Shown here: positions 47,279-56,319 of the stretch, one piece after another | Layout of the letters: the number at the start of each line of letters is the position of its first letter | How positions within the stretch are numbered: position 1 is the first letter of the stretch | Source: Thermoanaerobaculia bacterium | GTDB taxonomy: Bacteria > Acidobacteriota > Thermoanaerobaculia > UBA5066 | Assembly (NCBI GenBank): GCA_035542215.1 | Contig: DATKLW010000033.1 | Coordinates: 15,651 to 79,650 of the forward strand | Length of the DNA: 64,000 bases | Direction of reading: 5' to 3' | The notes under the pieces: model-generated | Told to the model about the DNA's origin: nothing | Seen by the model: the letters and a program-made list of their open reading frames with translations, nothing else | The model's database searches: none | Made by a program: the position numbers and the translations under genes

Positions 47279-49205
47279 GATCGCCGAGCCGGCGGGTCTT
47301 CTTCCGCGAATCGAAGTACTCGAGGAGCGGAATGAGCGTCTTGCGCGTCAGGCCGAGGAGGTCGCGGAAGCCCGCGACCGCGAGCGTCTGGCCCTTGACG
47401 CTCTCGAGCTTCGCCTCGGCGGCCGCCGCGACGTCCCGGTGCACGACGAGGTCGGGCGAGAGCCGAACGAGGAGACCCGACTTCACGAGGTGCGAGACGA
47501 GGCCGTCCACCACCTGCGGCTTCGTGCCGAGAAGCCGGGCCGCGTCGACGCCCTTCGGCGGCTCGAATCCGGCCTTGCGGTAGAGCTCCTCGAGCTTCGC
47601 CGCGAACGACGCGGCGTCGCCCGAGAGGTCGGCCGCCTTGGCTCCGGGCGGCACGACGCGGTCTCCCTCGAGCGCGATCGCGCGGCCGGCCGCGAGCGTC
47701 GCGAGCCAGCCGTCGGCCGCGGCGGGGGAGACGCCCTTGACGAGACGCGCGAGAAACTCGCCTTTTCCGAGCGCGGCGGCGCCGGAGGCCGCCTTTCTCC
47801 GCTCGGCGAAGAGCGCGGCCGCGCGAGTGGCGAGGTGCGCCGCGACGGACGCGTGCGCGAAGAGCGCGGGCGAGATCTTGAGCGCGCGGCCGGAGCCCGC
47901 GAGCGCCTCGAGAAGGTTCGCCGCGGCCGCCGACGCGAGCCCGAGGCGTGCGCCGAGACGCGCGGCCGATAGGCCCGCCGGGCCGGCCTCGAGGAGGAAG
48001 AGGTCGGTCAGAGCCTGCTCGTCGCCCTGAGAAAGGACCGACAGGACCGAAGAGAGCGCGGCATCCGCGCCGGCGCGGCGCCTCAGCCGGGGGCGGCCCG
48101 CGTCGAGGACGCGCCCGCCTCCGAGCGTCGCGGCCGGAGACGGGCGCCGGAGGATGAAGCGGTCGCCGGGGCGGGCCGCGACCTTCGACTCGAGGAGGAT
48201 CTGCGCGAACGCCGTTTCCCCTGGCGCGAACGCACGGGCCGCCGGTTCACCCGCATCCGCACGGGCCGCCGGTCCGGCCGAGACCAGGGACAGCCGGCCC
48301 GCAACGTCCGCGGTCCCGAGGTGCACGCGCACGCGGGCGCCGTCGGGCAGCGGCGCCCCGAGGCCGGGGAGGACCGCGACCTCGGCGGTCAAAACGGAGG
48401 ACGCATCCATCGCGCTTCGCGGGACGAGCGCCTGCCCCCGCTTGAGCTGCGAGCGGTCGACGCCCGCAAGGTTGAGGCTCGTGCGCTCGCCCGTGAACGC
48501 CTCGCGCCGCTCCTCGCCGTGGACTTCGACGCGCCGGACGCGAACGTCGAGCGCCTCGGGCAGGAGCGTGAGCGCGTCCTCGGCCGCGATGCGGCCCGCG
48601 TCGAGCGTTCCCGTGACGACCGGCCCGAAGCCTTTCATCGTGAAGGCGCGGTCGAGGAAGAGGCGCGGCACCTTCCGCGAGCGGTCCTCGCGCACGACAC
48701 GGCGCGCGGCGGCGAGGAGCTCTTTCCTGAGGGCCTCCAGCCCTGCGCCCGACACCGCCGAGCACGCGACGATCGGCGCGTCCTGAAGGAACGAGCCCTT
48801 CACGAGCGCGCGGATCTCCTCCTCGACGAGCGCGCCGGTCTCCTCGTCCACGAGGTCGCACTTCGTCCGCGCGACGACGCCCGTCGAGACCCGGAGCAGC
48901 TTCAGGATGTCGAGGTGCTCTCTCGTCTGCGGCATCACGGAGTCGTCCGAGGCGACGGCGAAAAGGACGAGGTCCACGCCCTGCGCGCCCGCAACCATCG
49001 TCCGCACGAACTTCTCGTGCCCCGGCACGTCCACGAACGAGAACGTCGTCTCGTCCCAGGACGCGTGCGCGAAGCCGAGGTCGATCGTGATCCCGCGCGC
49101 CTTCTCCTCCGGCAGCCGGTCCGGGTCCGTGCCCGTCAGGGCGCGGACGAGAGCGCTCTTGCCGTGGTCGATGTGGCCGGCGGTGCCGACGAGGACGCGG
49201 CGCAT
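47262..49205 (-). CDS. selB: Selenocysteine-specific translation elongation factor SelB
   Basis: 647 aa; GTP-binding N-terminus VGTAGHIDHGKSAL...DVPGHEKF...TKCD; long C-terminal winged-helix extension typical of bacterial SelB. Confidence 0.9.
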   Translation of the reverse strand: MRRVLVGTAGHIDHGKSALVRALTGTDPDRLPEEKARGITIDLGFAHASWDETTFSFVDVPGHEKFVRTMVAGAQGVDLVLFAVASDDSVMPQTREHLDILKLLRVSTGVVARTKCDLVDEETGALVEEEIRALVKGSFLQDAPIVACSAVSGAGLEALRKELLAAARRVVREDRSRKVPRLFLDRAFTMKGFGPVVTGTLDAGRIAAEDALTLLPEALDVRVRRVEVHGEERREAFTGERTSLNLAGVDRSQLKRGQALVPRSAMDASSVLTAEVAVLPGLGAPLPDGARVRVHLGTADVAGRLSLVSAGPAARADAGEPAARAFAPGETAFAQILLESKVAARPGDRFILRRPSPAATLGGGRVLDAGRPRLRRRAGADAALSSVLSVLSQGDEQALTDLFLLEAGPAGLSAARLGARLGLASAAAANLLEALAGSGRALKISPALFAHASVAAHLATRAAALFAERRKAASGAAALGKGEFLARLVKGVSPAAADGWLATLAAGRAIALEGDRVVPPGAKAADLSGDAASFAAKLEELYRKAGFEPPKGVDAARLLGTKPQVVDGLVSHLVKSGLLVRLSPDLVVHRDVAAAAEAKLESVKGQTLAVAGFRDLLGLTRKTLIPLLEYFDSRKKTRRLGDLRKVE

Positions 49206-49214
49206 GGGCGCCGA

Positions 49215-49691
49215 TTATGGTCTGCGGGACGCTCCTCCCACCGCGAAGCCCGGCATGCGGGCGGCGGACCGGAACGCGGGCCTGCGCACCGCGCCTGCGG
49301 CCGGGCGGGACGTCGGATGCGCGCGGGGACTCACATGCGGGCGCGGCCGAGAAGCGCCGCCGATCCAGCCACCGGGCCACACGCCCCAGCCGGTGACGTA
49401 CGGTTCGGGCGTTTCGGGTCCGGGAACGACCTCGGGCTCGGGGGTCGTTTCCTCTTCCGCCCACGCGAACGCGGGGAAGCGCACGGGCGCGCGGGAAACC
49501 GTCGTCTCCGCCGCCGAGAACCCCCCGACGGCCTTGCGGCCCTCGCGGCGCTCGCGCGCGACGTCCGACAGCGTGCGCGGCGCGGCGCTGACCGGCGCGC
49601 CGGCGGCGCCCGTGAGCGTGACCTCGACGACGGGAGACGGGGCCGGCGAGGCGGTCTCGAGCGCGGCCAGGACTGCGAGGGCGATCAGCAT
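49215..49691 (-). CDS. Hypothetical signal-peptide protein (uncertain)
   Basis: Begins MLIALAVLAALETASPAPSP, acidic/Pro-rich middle. C-terminal third looks like GC-frame noise. Ends 10 nt before the selB start. Confidence 0.25.
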   Translation of the reverse strand: MLIALAVLAALETASPAPSPVVEVTLTGAAGAPVSAAPRTLSDVARERREGRKAVGGFSAAETTVSRAPVRFPAFAWAEEETTPEPEVVPGPETPEPYVTGWGVWPGGWIGGASRPRPHVSPRAHPTSRPAAGAVRRPAFRSAARMPGFAVGGASRRP

Positions 49692-49737
49692 GACGCGCCT
49701 CCCCGGATAGCTTAGTCCCGCCGGACCCGCCCCGTCG

Positions 49738-51429
49738 TCAGTATTCCGGCCCCTTGAAGATCGTCGACTTCTCGGCGTCGAGCGTCTCGCCCGCGAGCTT
49801 CGCGCGCACGTGCCGCGCGACGCGCAGGCCGTCGAGCGCCGCCGAGACGATGCCGCCCGCGAAGCCCGCGCCCTCGCCGGCGGGATAGAGGCCGCGAACG
49901 GACGGGCTCTCGCACCAGCCGTCGCGCTCGATCCTCACGGGCGACGACGTGCGCGACTCGGGCGCGAAGAGCACCGCTTCCTCCGAGATGAACCCCGGCA
50001 TCTTCCGGTCGAAGGCCCGGAGGCCGTCCGTGAGCGCCTCGAGGTACGGCTCGGGCAGGATCCCGTCGAACGGCACCGCGGTGACCCATGGCCCGTACGT
50101 CGTCTTCGGGAGCGGGCGCGGCGAGATGGGCCTCTCGCGGCTCTTCATGAAGTCCGTCACGCGCAGCGCGGGCGCCGCATACGTGCCGCCGGCGGCCGTG
50201 AAGGCGGCCGTTTCCACGCGGCGCTGCAGCTCGCGCCCGCGCAGGAGCGCGGGCCCGCCCATCGCGTCGAAGTCCTCGTCCTTCGTCTGGACGACGATTC
50301 CGGCGTTCGCGTACCCGGACGAGCGCTTGTAGCGCGACATCCCGTTCGTGACGACGCCGCCGGCCTCGGACGAGCACGCGATGACCTCGCCGCCGGGGCA
50401 CATGCAGAACGTGTAAATCCCGCGGCCGTTGGACGCGACGTGGGCCTGCTTGTAGTCCGCCGGCATGACGCCGCAATCGGTCGAGACCTGCGCATACTGG
50501 ATGAGGTCGACGGCGTCCTGCGGGTGCTCGATCCTGACGCCCATCGCGAAGTGCTTGCGCGTCATTGCGACGCCGCGCGCGAGGAGCATGTCCATCGTGT
50601 CGCGCGCGGAGTGGCCGAGCGCGAGGATCGCGACGTCCGCGGGGACCTCCTCCCCGGACTCGAGCTTCAGGCCCGCCAGCGCGCCGTCCCGCCGCGTGAG
50701 GAGGTCCGTGACCTTCGCGCGATAGCGGAGCGTCGCGCCGTGCTCGAGGAGGTGTTTGCGCACGTTGCGCAGGACGACGACGAGGCGGTCCGTGCCGATG
50801 TGGGGCTTGGCGTCCACGAGGATCGAATCCGGCGCTCCGAAGCGGTGGAACGTCTCGAGGATGACCTTGATCCTGTCGTGCTTCTTCCCGCACGTGAGCT
50901 TGCCGTCCGAGAACGTCCCCGCGCCGCCTTCCCCGAACTGGACGTTCGACTCGGGATCGAAGACTCCCGACGTCCAGAACTTCATGACCTTCCGGTAGCG
51001 GTCCTCGGCCGGGTCGCCGCGCTCGAGGATCGTGACCGGGATCCCGGCGTCCACGAGGGCGAGCGCCGCGAAGAGGCCCGCCGGACCCGTTCCGACGACG
51101 GCGACCTTCGCCTTCGTGTCCAGCTTCGGCAAAAGGAGGGCCGGCGCCGGAACGGGCTCGGCCGGCCCGAGCCGCAGCGGCGGCTCGGGCGCAAGGTCGA
51201 GCGGCGTCTCGGACGCGAACTCGACGGCGATCTCCCAGTAAAGGCTGGGCTTCTGGCGGGCGTCGAGCGAGCGGCGCACGAGCGCGAAGTCCGAGAGGCC
51301 GTCGCGGGGGATGCCGAGCAGCCGCGCAACCGTCGCGAGGTTCACGATCTTCGGGGCGCGCGCGCGCACGCCCGCGAGCCGGTAGCGGGGCACGGGCGTA
51401 TTGTGCGGCCGCGAGTCTCCGAAAGTCAT
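49738..51429 (-). CDS. FAD-dependent dehydrogenase (COG2509-type uncharacterised NAD(FAD)-utilising enzyme)
   Basis: Dinucleotide-binding VAVVGTGPAGLFAALAL; conserved FGEGGAGTFSDGKL, CMCPGGEV motifs. Start taken at internal Met (MTFGDSRPHN); the longer track ORF N-terminus is low-complexity. Confidence 0.75.
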   Translation of the reverse strand: MTFGDSRPHNTPVPRYRLAGVRARAPKIVNLATVARLLGIPRDGLSDFALVRRSLDARQKPSLYWEIAVEFASETPLDLAPEPPLRLGPAEPVPAPALLLPKLDTKAKVAVVGTGPAGLFAALALVDAGIPVTILERGDPAEDRYRKVMKFWTSGVFDPESNVQFGEGGAGTFSDGKLTCGKKHDRIKVILETFHRFGAPDSILVDAKPHIGTDRLVVVLRNVRKHLLEHGATLRYRAKVTDLLTRRDGALAGLKLESGEEVPADVAILALGHSARDTMDMLLARGVAMTRKHFAMGVRIEHPQDAVDLIQYAQVSTDCGVMPADYKQAHVASNGRGIYTFCMCPGGEVIACSSEAGGVVTNGMSRYKRSSGYANAGIVVQTKDEDFDAMGGPALLRGRELQRRVETAAFTAAGGTYAAPALRVTDFMKSRERPISPRPLPKTTYGPWVTAVPFDGILPEPYLEALTDGLRAFDRKMPGFISEEAVLFAPESRTSSPVRIERDGWCESPSVRGLYPAGEGAGFAGGIVSAALDGLRVARHVRAKLAGETLDAEKSTIFKGPEY

Positions 51430-51997
51430 GCACGGCCCGCGCGAAATCGAGACGAAATTCCGCGTCGCGGACCGATCCGCGCTCGAGTCCCGGCTGCGGG
51501 CGCTCGGCGCCGCGGGAGCGCCGCCCGAGGCCGAGTCGAACGTCCTCTTCGACGACGCGGCCCGTTCCCTCCGGGACTCGGGCTGCGCCCTGCGCGTGCG
51601 CACGGTCGCGGGGCGCGGCGTCCTCACGTTCAAGGGGCGGGCGGAGGTCGCCGCGGGCGTGAAGAGCCGCGTCGAGCTCGAGAGCGCCGTGGACGACCCG
51701 GGATCCGTGGCCGCCGTTCTCGAGGCGCTCGGCTACCGCGCGTGGTTCCGGTACGAGAAACGTCGCGCCACCTGGACCTTCGCGGATCCCTCGCGGCCGC
51801 TCGTCGTCGTGGACGAGACGCCGCTCGGGACGTTCGCCGAGATCGAAGGGCCCGATGCCGCGGTCCGGTCGCTCGCGAGAGAGCTGGGCGTCGCCGAGGC
51901 GGACTTCATCGCGGAGTCGTACATCGCGCTCTGGCTCTCGGCGCGCGAGCGGGACGCCTCCCTGCCGGCCGACATGGTGTTCCGGGTGGAGCCGTGA
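51428..51997 (+). CDS. CYTH-domain protein (class IV adenylate cyclase / triphosphatase fold)
   Basis: EIETKFRV...ALRVRTVAG...LTFKG...SRVELE beta-barrel CYTH signature. Confidence 0.7.
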   Translation: MHGPREIETKFRVADRSALESRLRALGAAGAPPEAESNVLFDDAARSLRDSGCALRVRTVAGRGVLTFKGRAEVAAGVKSRVELESAVDDPGSVAAVLEALGYRAWFRYEKRRATWTFADPSRPLVVVDETPLGTFAEIEGPDAAVRSLARELGVAEADFIAESYIALWLSARERDASLPADMVFRVEP

Positions 51998-52704
51998 TCG
52001 CGTTCGTCCTCGCCGCCGGCTTCGGCACGCGCTTCCGGCCCGCGACGCTCACGACGCCCAAGCCGCTCCTCCCGCTCGCGGGGCGGCCGATCCTCTTCCA
52101 CGTCTTCGACCACCTCCTCGGCCAGGGCGCGGACCGCTTCGTCGTCAACGCCCACCACCTCGCGCCCGTGCTGCGCGCCGCGGTCGGCGACGCGTACGCC
52201 GGCGTCCCCGTCGCGTGGTCCCTCGAGCCGGAGATCCTCGGGACGGCGGGCGGCATCCGCTGCGCCTTCGAGCGCGGCCTTCTCGGCGAGCATTTCGTCG
52301 TCGCGAACGCCGACGTCCTGACGACGCTCCCGCTCGGGCGGCTCCTCGCGGCGCGGCACGCGGCGGGAGTCGTCTCCGCGCTCGCCGTCCTCCCGAACGA
52401 AAACCCCGATCGCGACACGCCGCTCTGGGGAACGCCGGCCGGCCGTCTCGCCGCCGTCGGCGGCCCGAGGCCCGCCGGAGCCACCGGACCGTGGCTCTTC
52501 ACGGGCCTTCAGGCGGCGAAGGACGCGCTCGTCCCGCGGATCCCGGAAGGCTTCGCAGAGCTCGCGAAGGACGTCCTCGCTCCCTCGGCGGCGGCCGGGG
52601 ACGGCGCGTTCGCGCTCGTCCCGTACGCCGCCTCCGACGGCCTGTGGTTCGACCTCGGGACGCCCGAGCGCCTCGCGGCGGCCGAAGCCGCGCTCGCGCG
52701 CTAG
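51994..52704 (+). CDS. Nucleotidyltransferase (NDP-sugar pyrophosphorylase-like, MobA-like NTP transferase fold)
   Basis: (M)IAFVLAAGFGTRFRPATLTTPKPLLPLAG; GTG start overlapping the CYTH stop. Confidence 0.75.
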   Translation: MIAFVLAAGFGTRFRPATLTTPKPLLPLAGRPILFHVFDHLLGQGADRFVVNAHHLAPVLRAAVGDAYAGVPVAWSLEPEILGTAGGIRCAFERGLLGEHFVVANADVLTTLPLGRLLAARHAAGVVSALAVLPNENPDRDTPLWGTPAGRLAAVGGPRPAGATGPWLFTGLQAAKDALVPRIPEGFAELAKDVLAPSAAAGDGAFALVPYAASDGLWFDLGTPERLAAAEAALAR

Positions 52705-53246
52705 AGACTCCTGCGGAGAGCGAGGAGCGCGGCCGCGGCGAGAAGCAGCGCGGTCGCGGCGAGGCCCCGCGCCGAAAGCGCAGGAATTTCCAATGTCTGG
52801 GCGGACACGGAACCGGCGCTCGTGAAGCGGTTGGGCGCCGTCGGCGCGCTGCACGTCGAGTTCGCGCAGGACGCTTCCTCGCCCGAAGCGATGCTCACCG
52901 TGCCGCCGACGTTCGTGAGAGCCGAGCCGAAGAAGAGCGCGAAGGCGCGGGTGCCCGTCAGGTCAGCGGCGTTCGAGGCGGCCGTGAGCACGGAGTCGTT
53001 CGACGGAGCAAACCCCGGCGACACGTACACCAGCGTCGCGCCGGTGAGGATGACGCTGCCCGGCGTCGTCGTGATGTTCACGGAGCTGTACGTGTTCGTG
53101 TCGGCGTCGTAGGCGAACGAGCCCGAAGCCGTGCCGCCGTCCGTGAACGTGACCCCCTGCAGGGTCCACGTCACGGGAATCGCCGAGGCGGCGGCGGACG
53201 TCAGGCCGAGGGCGAGGACGAGGGAGGCGAGGACGGCTCTGCGCAC
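52701..53246 (-). CDS. Secreted Thr/Ser-rich protein with PEP-CTERM-like C-terminal sorting signal
   Basis: Signal peptide. C-terminus EIPALSARGLAATALLLAAAALLALRRSL (Pro-containing motif, hydrophobic helix, basic tail). Confidence 0.45.
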   Translation of the reverse strand: MRRAVLASLVLALGLTSAAASAIPVTWTLQGVTFTDGGTASGSFAYDADTNTYSSVNITTTPGSVILTGATLVYVSPGFAPSNDSVLTAASNAADLTGTRAFALFFGSALTNVGGTVSIASGEEASCANSTCSAPTAPNRFTSAGSVSAQTLEIPALSARGLAATALLLAAAALLALRRSL

Positions 53247-53304
53247 ATCAAGCTCCTTTCGACGCGAGTTCCCGAGAGGATGACGAAGTATACGAAACTC
53301 ATCC

Positions 53305-53904
53305 TCACCACCGCGCGATCCACTTCAGCTTCTTGCCGTGCCACGTCCAGATCTGGATCTTCGCGTTCGCGGGCGTCACGCGGACGGCGGCCTGCCGGCT
53401 CCTGCGGTTCGAGAGGTACACGGTGCCGGGCGAGGCGTGGCCGACCGGCGAGAACGAGCAGATGTTCGAATTCCCGAAGCGGATCGGGTCCGAGAGGTTC
53501 CCGATCGCGGCGCCGCCGGGGTCCGGGCCGGTCATCCCGGGCACGAATGAGAAGTTCACGCCGGGGTAGCGGCTCCCGAGCCAGTACGGCCCGGCGACGA
53601 GCTTGTCGATCCCCTTCTTGATGTCGGCGGTCGTGACGCCGTTTCCGTTCCCGTCCTGGTAGACGGTCAGGACGAGGTCGCCCGCGTTCGCGACCCATTT
53701 CACGCCCACCTCGGCACCCTGGAAGACGGCGCGCGCGCGGGCGGTCTGGAGGATGGCGGCCACCTCGCGCGAGGCGGTGCCGAGCGACTCCTCCGCGAGG
53801 ATCCCGGAGAGCGCCGGGACGCTCATCGCGAAGATCAGGCCGAGGATGGCGAGGACGGCGGTGAGCTCAGCGAGGGTATGTCCGCGAATCGACCCTGGAT
53901 GCAT
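53305..53904 (-). CDS. Type IV pilin-like / T2SS pseudopilin (GspH/FimT-like) with prepilin N-terminal methylation motif
   Basis: MHPGSIRGHTLAELTAVLAILGLIFAMSVP: a class III signal with G|HTLAEL. The 429-aa track ORF is a fusion artefact. Confidence 0.7.
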   Translation of the reverse strand: MHPGSIRGHTLAELTAVLAILGLIFAMSVPALSGILAEESLGTASREVAAILQTARARAVFQGAEVGVKWVANAGDLVLTVYQDGNGNGVTTADIKKGIDKLVAGPYWLGSRYPGVNFSFVPGMTGPDPGGAAIGNLSDPIRFGNSNICSFSPVGHASPGTVYLSNRRSRQAAVRVTPANAKIQIWTWHGKKLKWIARW

Positions 53905-53992
53905 GCAACCTCCTTGAGGGTTGAGGAGGGGGGACGGCGCGGCGCCGTTCGCTCGTGCGGTTCGCCGCGCCGTCCCGGGGGGTGGGAGGGCG

Positions 53993-54436
53993 TCAGGCCT
54001 TGACCTTCGCGGTCTTCGAGGCCTTTGCCCCTGCGGAAGCGGTCTTGGCAGGCTTGGCGGCCTTGGCGGGTTTCGTAGCCGCCTTCGCGCGCATGCCCTT
54101 CGAAGACACTTTCTCGACGAGCGTCGTCGGGCCGGAGACCGTGACGTACGGCTTGAGCGTCGTGAAGAACTTCTCGCCCACGCCCTTGACCTGCATGAGG
54201 TCCTCGGGACGCTTGAAGGCGCCGTGCTGCGTGCGGTGCTCGACGATGCGGTCGGCGAGCTTCGCGCCGACGCGCGGCAGACGCGCGATCTCGGCGCTCG
54301 TGGCCTGGTTGATGTTGACGACCTTGTGCGAGAGCGGCGCCTCGCCCTCGGCCACGGCCGGGTGGGACGCAAGCCCCGAGAGCGACAGGCCGAGGACGGG
54401 GACGACGAGAGCGCGGACGATCGGACGGAGAGACAT
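53993..54436 (-). CDS. comEA: ComEA-family helix-hairpin-helix DNA-binding protein
   Basis: Signal peptide; INQATSAEIARLPRVGAKLADRIVEHRTQHGAFKRPEDLMQVKGVGEK; Lys/Ala-rich tail. Confidence 0.8.
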   Translation of the reverse strand: MSLRPIVRALVVPVLGLSLSGLASHPAVAEGEAPLSHKVVNINQATSAEIARLPRVGAKLADRIVEHRTQHGAFKRPEDLMQVKGVGEKFFTTLKPYVTVSGPTTLVEKVSSKGMRAKAATKPAKAAKPAKTASAGAKASKTAKVKA

Positions 54437-54680
54437 CGAATGCTCCTTTCGTTTCGTGTTTCGTTGTTCGGGGGATGGGCAAAGAGAGGGGAACGTGAAC
54501 GGGATTCGGGGGTGTTCCTTCCGCTTCGTCCCGGCGCGTCCGGGTGCGCGTTCGGTCTCAGCTCATCCATCGCCTCCGGCCCCTGCGGCTGCACGGGCGG
54601 TGCCGCGCGGCGCGGCCGAAGCGCAACGAACTGGCGCAGAAGAACTTCTTCTTAGAAAGGGTCCGCGGGCAGCGCCGGAG

Positions 54681-54702
54681 CGCGACAAGCAAACCTGTCG
54701 CG
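54681..54702. repeat. 22-bp inverted repeat CGCGACA-N8-TGTCGCG (copy 1), candidate operator
   Basis: CGCGACAAGCAAACCTGTCGCG; perfect 7-bp arms. Confidence 0.45.
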
Positions 54703-54771
54703 CGGGCCGGCTGCCTTGCCCTATTCCCTTCTAAGAAAATCTCTTCTCTTCTCCCGCACGAAAAGGGAAGC

Positions 54772-54793
54772 CGCGACAGGAAAACCTGTCGTG
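54772..54793. repeat. 22-bp inverted repeat CGCGACA-N8-TGTCGTG (copy 2), candidate operator 16 bp upstream of ubiX start
   Basis: CGCGACAGGAAAACCTGTCGTG; 91 bp downstream of copy 1. Confidence 0.45.
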
Positions 54794-54808
54794 GTGGACA
54801 ATCGGGCG

Positions 54809-55450
54809 ATGACGCGGCGCGCCGGCGGACCGAACGACCTCATCCTCGGAATCTCCGGGGCCAGCGGCTCGCGCCTCGCCCTGCGCGCCCTCAGGCTCTT
54901 CTCGGCGTCGCCCGACGTCGAGCGCCTCCACGTCGTCGTCTCCCCGCGCGCCCTCGTCGTCGCGCGCGACGAGCTGGACGCCTCGATCACGTCCGCCGAC
55001 TCCTTCCTTGGCGCGGCGGAGATCGGCGCCGACGCGCGCGACAAGCTCGTCCTCCACTCCGAGAGCGCGATCGACGCCCCGATCTCGTCCGGCTCGTACA
55101 GGACGCGCGGCATGGCCGTCCTGCCGTGCTCGGCGGGCACGCTCGCGGCGATCGCGCACGGCACGTCGCGCGGCCTCCTCCAGCGCGCGGCCGACGTCTG
55201 CCTCAAGGAGCGGCGGCGCCTCGTCCTCGGCCTGCGCGAGACGCCGCTCTCGCTCGTCCACGCCGAGAACATCCTCGCGGCCACGCGCGCGGGCGCGATC
55301 GTCGCGCCGCCCGTCCCGGCGTTCTACGCGGCGCGGACGGCCGAGGAGATGCTCGACGCTTACCTCGAGCGCGTCGCGGACCTCCTCGACGTGAAGGTCG
55401 ACACCGCCGGCTTCCGCTGGACGGGCGTCCGCTCACCCGCCCGCACGTGA
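54809..55450 (+). CDS. ubiX: Flavin prenyltransferase UbiX/Pad1 family
   Basis: LILGISGASGS...MAVLPCSAGTLAAIAHG...LVLGLRETPL motifs. Confidence 0.85.
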   Translation: MTRRAGGPNDLILGISGASGSRLALRALRLFSASPDVERLHVVVSPRALVVARDELDASITSADSFLGAAEIGADARDKLVLHSESAIDAPISSGSYRTRGMAVLPCSAGTLAAIAHGTSRGLLQRAADVCLKERRRLVLGLRETPLSLVHAENILAATRAGAIVAPPVPAFYAARTAEEMLDAYLERVADLLDVKVDTAGFRWTGVRSPART

Positions 55451-56292
55451 AGCGCTACCTCTCCCTCGTCACGTTCGCGCACACGATCTTCGCCCTCCCG
55501 TTCGCGCTCCTTTCGGCCGTCCTCGCCGCGCGCGGCGTCCCGCCGCTCCCGACGCTCGCCTGGATCCTCGTCGCGATGGTGGGTGCGCGCTCGGCCGCGA
55601 TGGCGTTCAACCGCATCGCGGACCGCGACGTCGACGCCGTGAACCCCCGCACGAAAGGCCGCGACATCCCGGCGGGCCGCGTTTCCGTCGCGGAGGCTTC
55701 GGTCTTCTGCGCGCTCTCGGCCGCGGTCTTCGTCTTTGCCGCCTCGCGGCTCAATCCGCTCTGCCTCGCGCTCAGTCCCGTCGCGCTCGCCGTCGTCCTC
55801 GGGTACTCGTACGCCAAGCGCGTGACTGCGCTCGCGCACCTTCTCCTCGGCCTCGGCCTCGCGATCGCGCCCGTCGGCGCCTGGATCGCCGTCACGGGCG
55901 CCTTCGCCCTTCCCCCGGTCGTCCTCGGCCTCTCTGTCCTCTTCTGGGTAGCGGGGTTCGACGTCATCTACAGCCTCCAGGACGAGGCCTTCGACCGCGA
56001 GCACGGCCTTTTCTCCATCCCGGCGCGGCTCGGGGCCCGCCGGGCGCTGAACGTCTCGACGGCCTTCCACGCGCTCTCCCTCGCCCTCCTTTACGCCGTC
56101 TTCACCCTCGTGAACGGCGGCGTTCCCTTCGGGCTCGGCGTCGTCCTCGCGGGGGCGTTCCTCGTCCGCCAGCACGTCCTCGTCAAGCCGGGCGATCTTT
56201 CCCGGGTGAACGGGGCGTTCTTCACGGCGAACGGCTGGCTGTCGGTGGCCGTCTTCGCCTGCGGGGCGGCCGACGTCTTCCTCCGCCGGTAG
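55447..56292 (+). CDS. UbiA-family aromatic prenyltransferase (4-hydroxybenzoate polyprenyltransferase / MqnP-like)
   Basis: 8-9 TM; Asp-rich motifs NRIADRDVDAVNPRT and DVIYSLQDEAFD. GTG start overlaps the ubiX stop. Confidence 0.8.
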   Translation: MKRYLSLVTFAHTIFALPFALLSAVLAARGVPPLPTLAWILVAMVGARSAAMAFNRIADRDVDAVNPRTKGRDIPAGRVSVAEASVFCALSAAVFVFAASRLNPLCLALSPVALAVVLGYSYAKRVTALAHLLLGLGLAIAPVGAWIAVTGAFALPPVVLGLSVLFWVAGFDVIYSLQDEAFDREHGLFSIPARLGARRALNVSTAFHALSLALLYAVFTLVNGGVPFGLGVVLAGAFLVRQHVLVKPGDLSRVNGAFFTANGWLSVAVFACGAADVFLRR

Positions 56293-56319
56293 GCTCCCGG
56301 CCCGGTAAACTCGCCTCCC

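Noticed and set aside
53305-54594. 429-aa minus-strand ORF
   Set aside because: A read-through artefact. The real gene is the C-terminal 199 aa, which begin with a textbook prepilin signal. The upstream part runs antisense through comEA.
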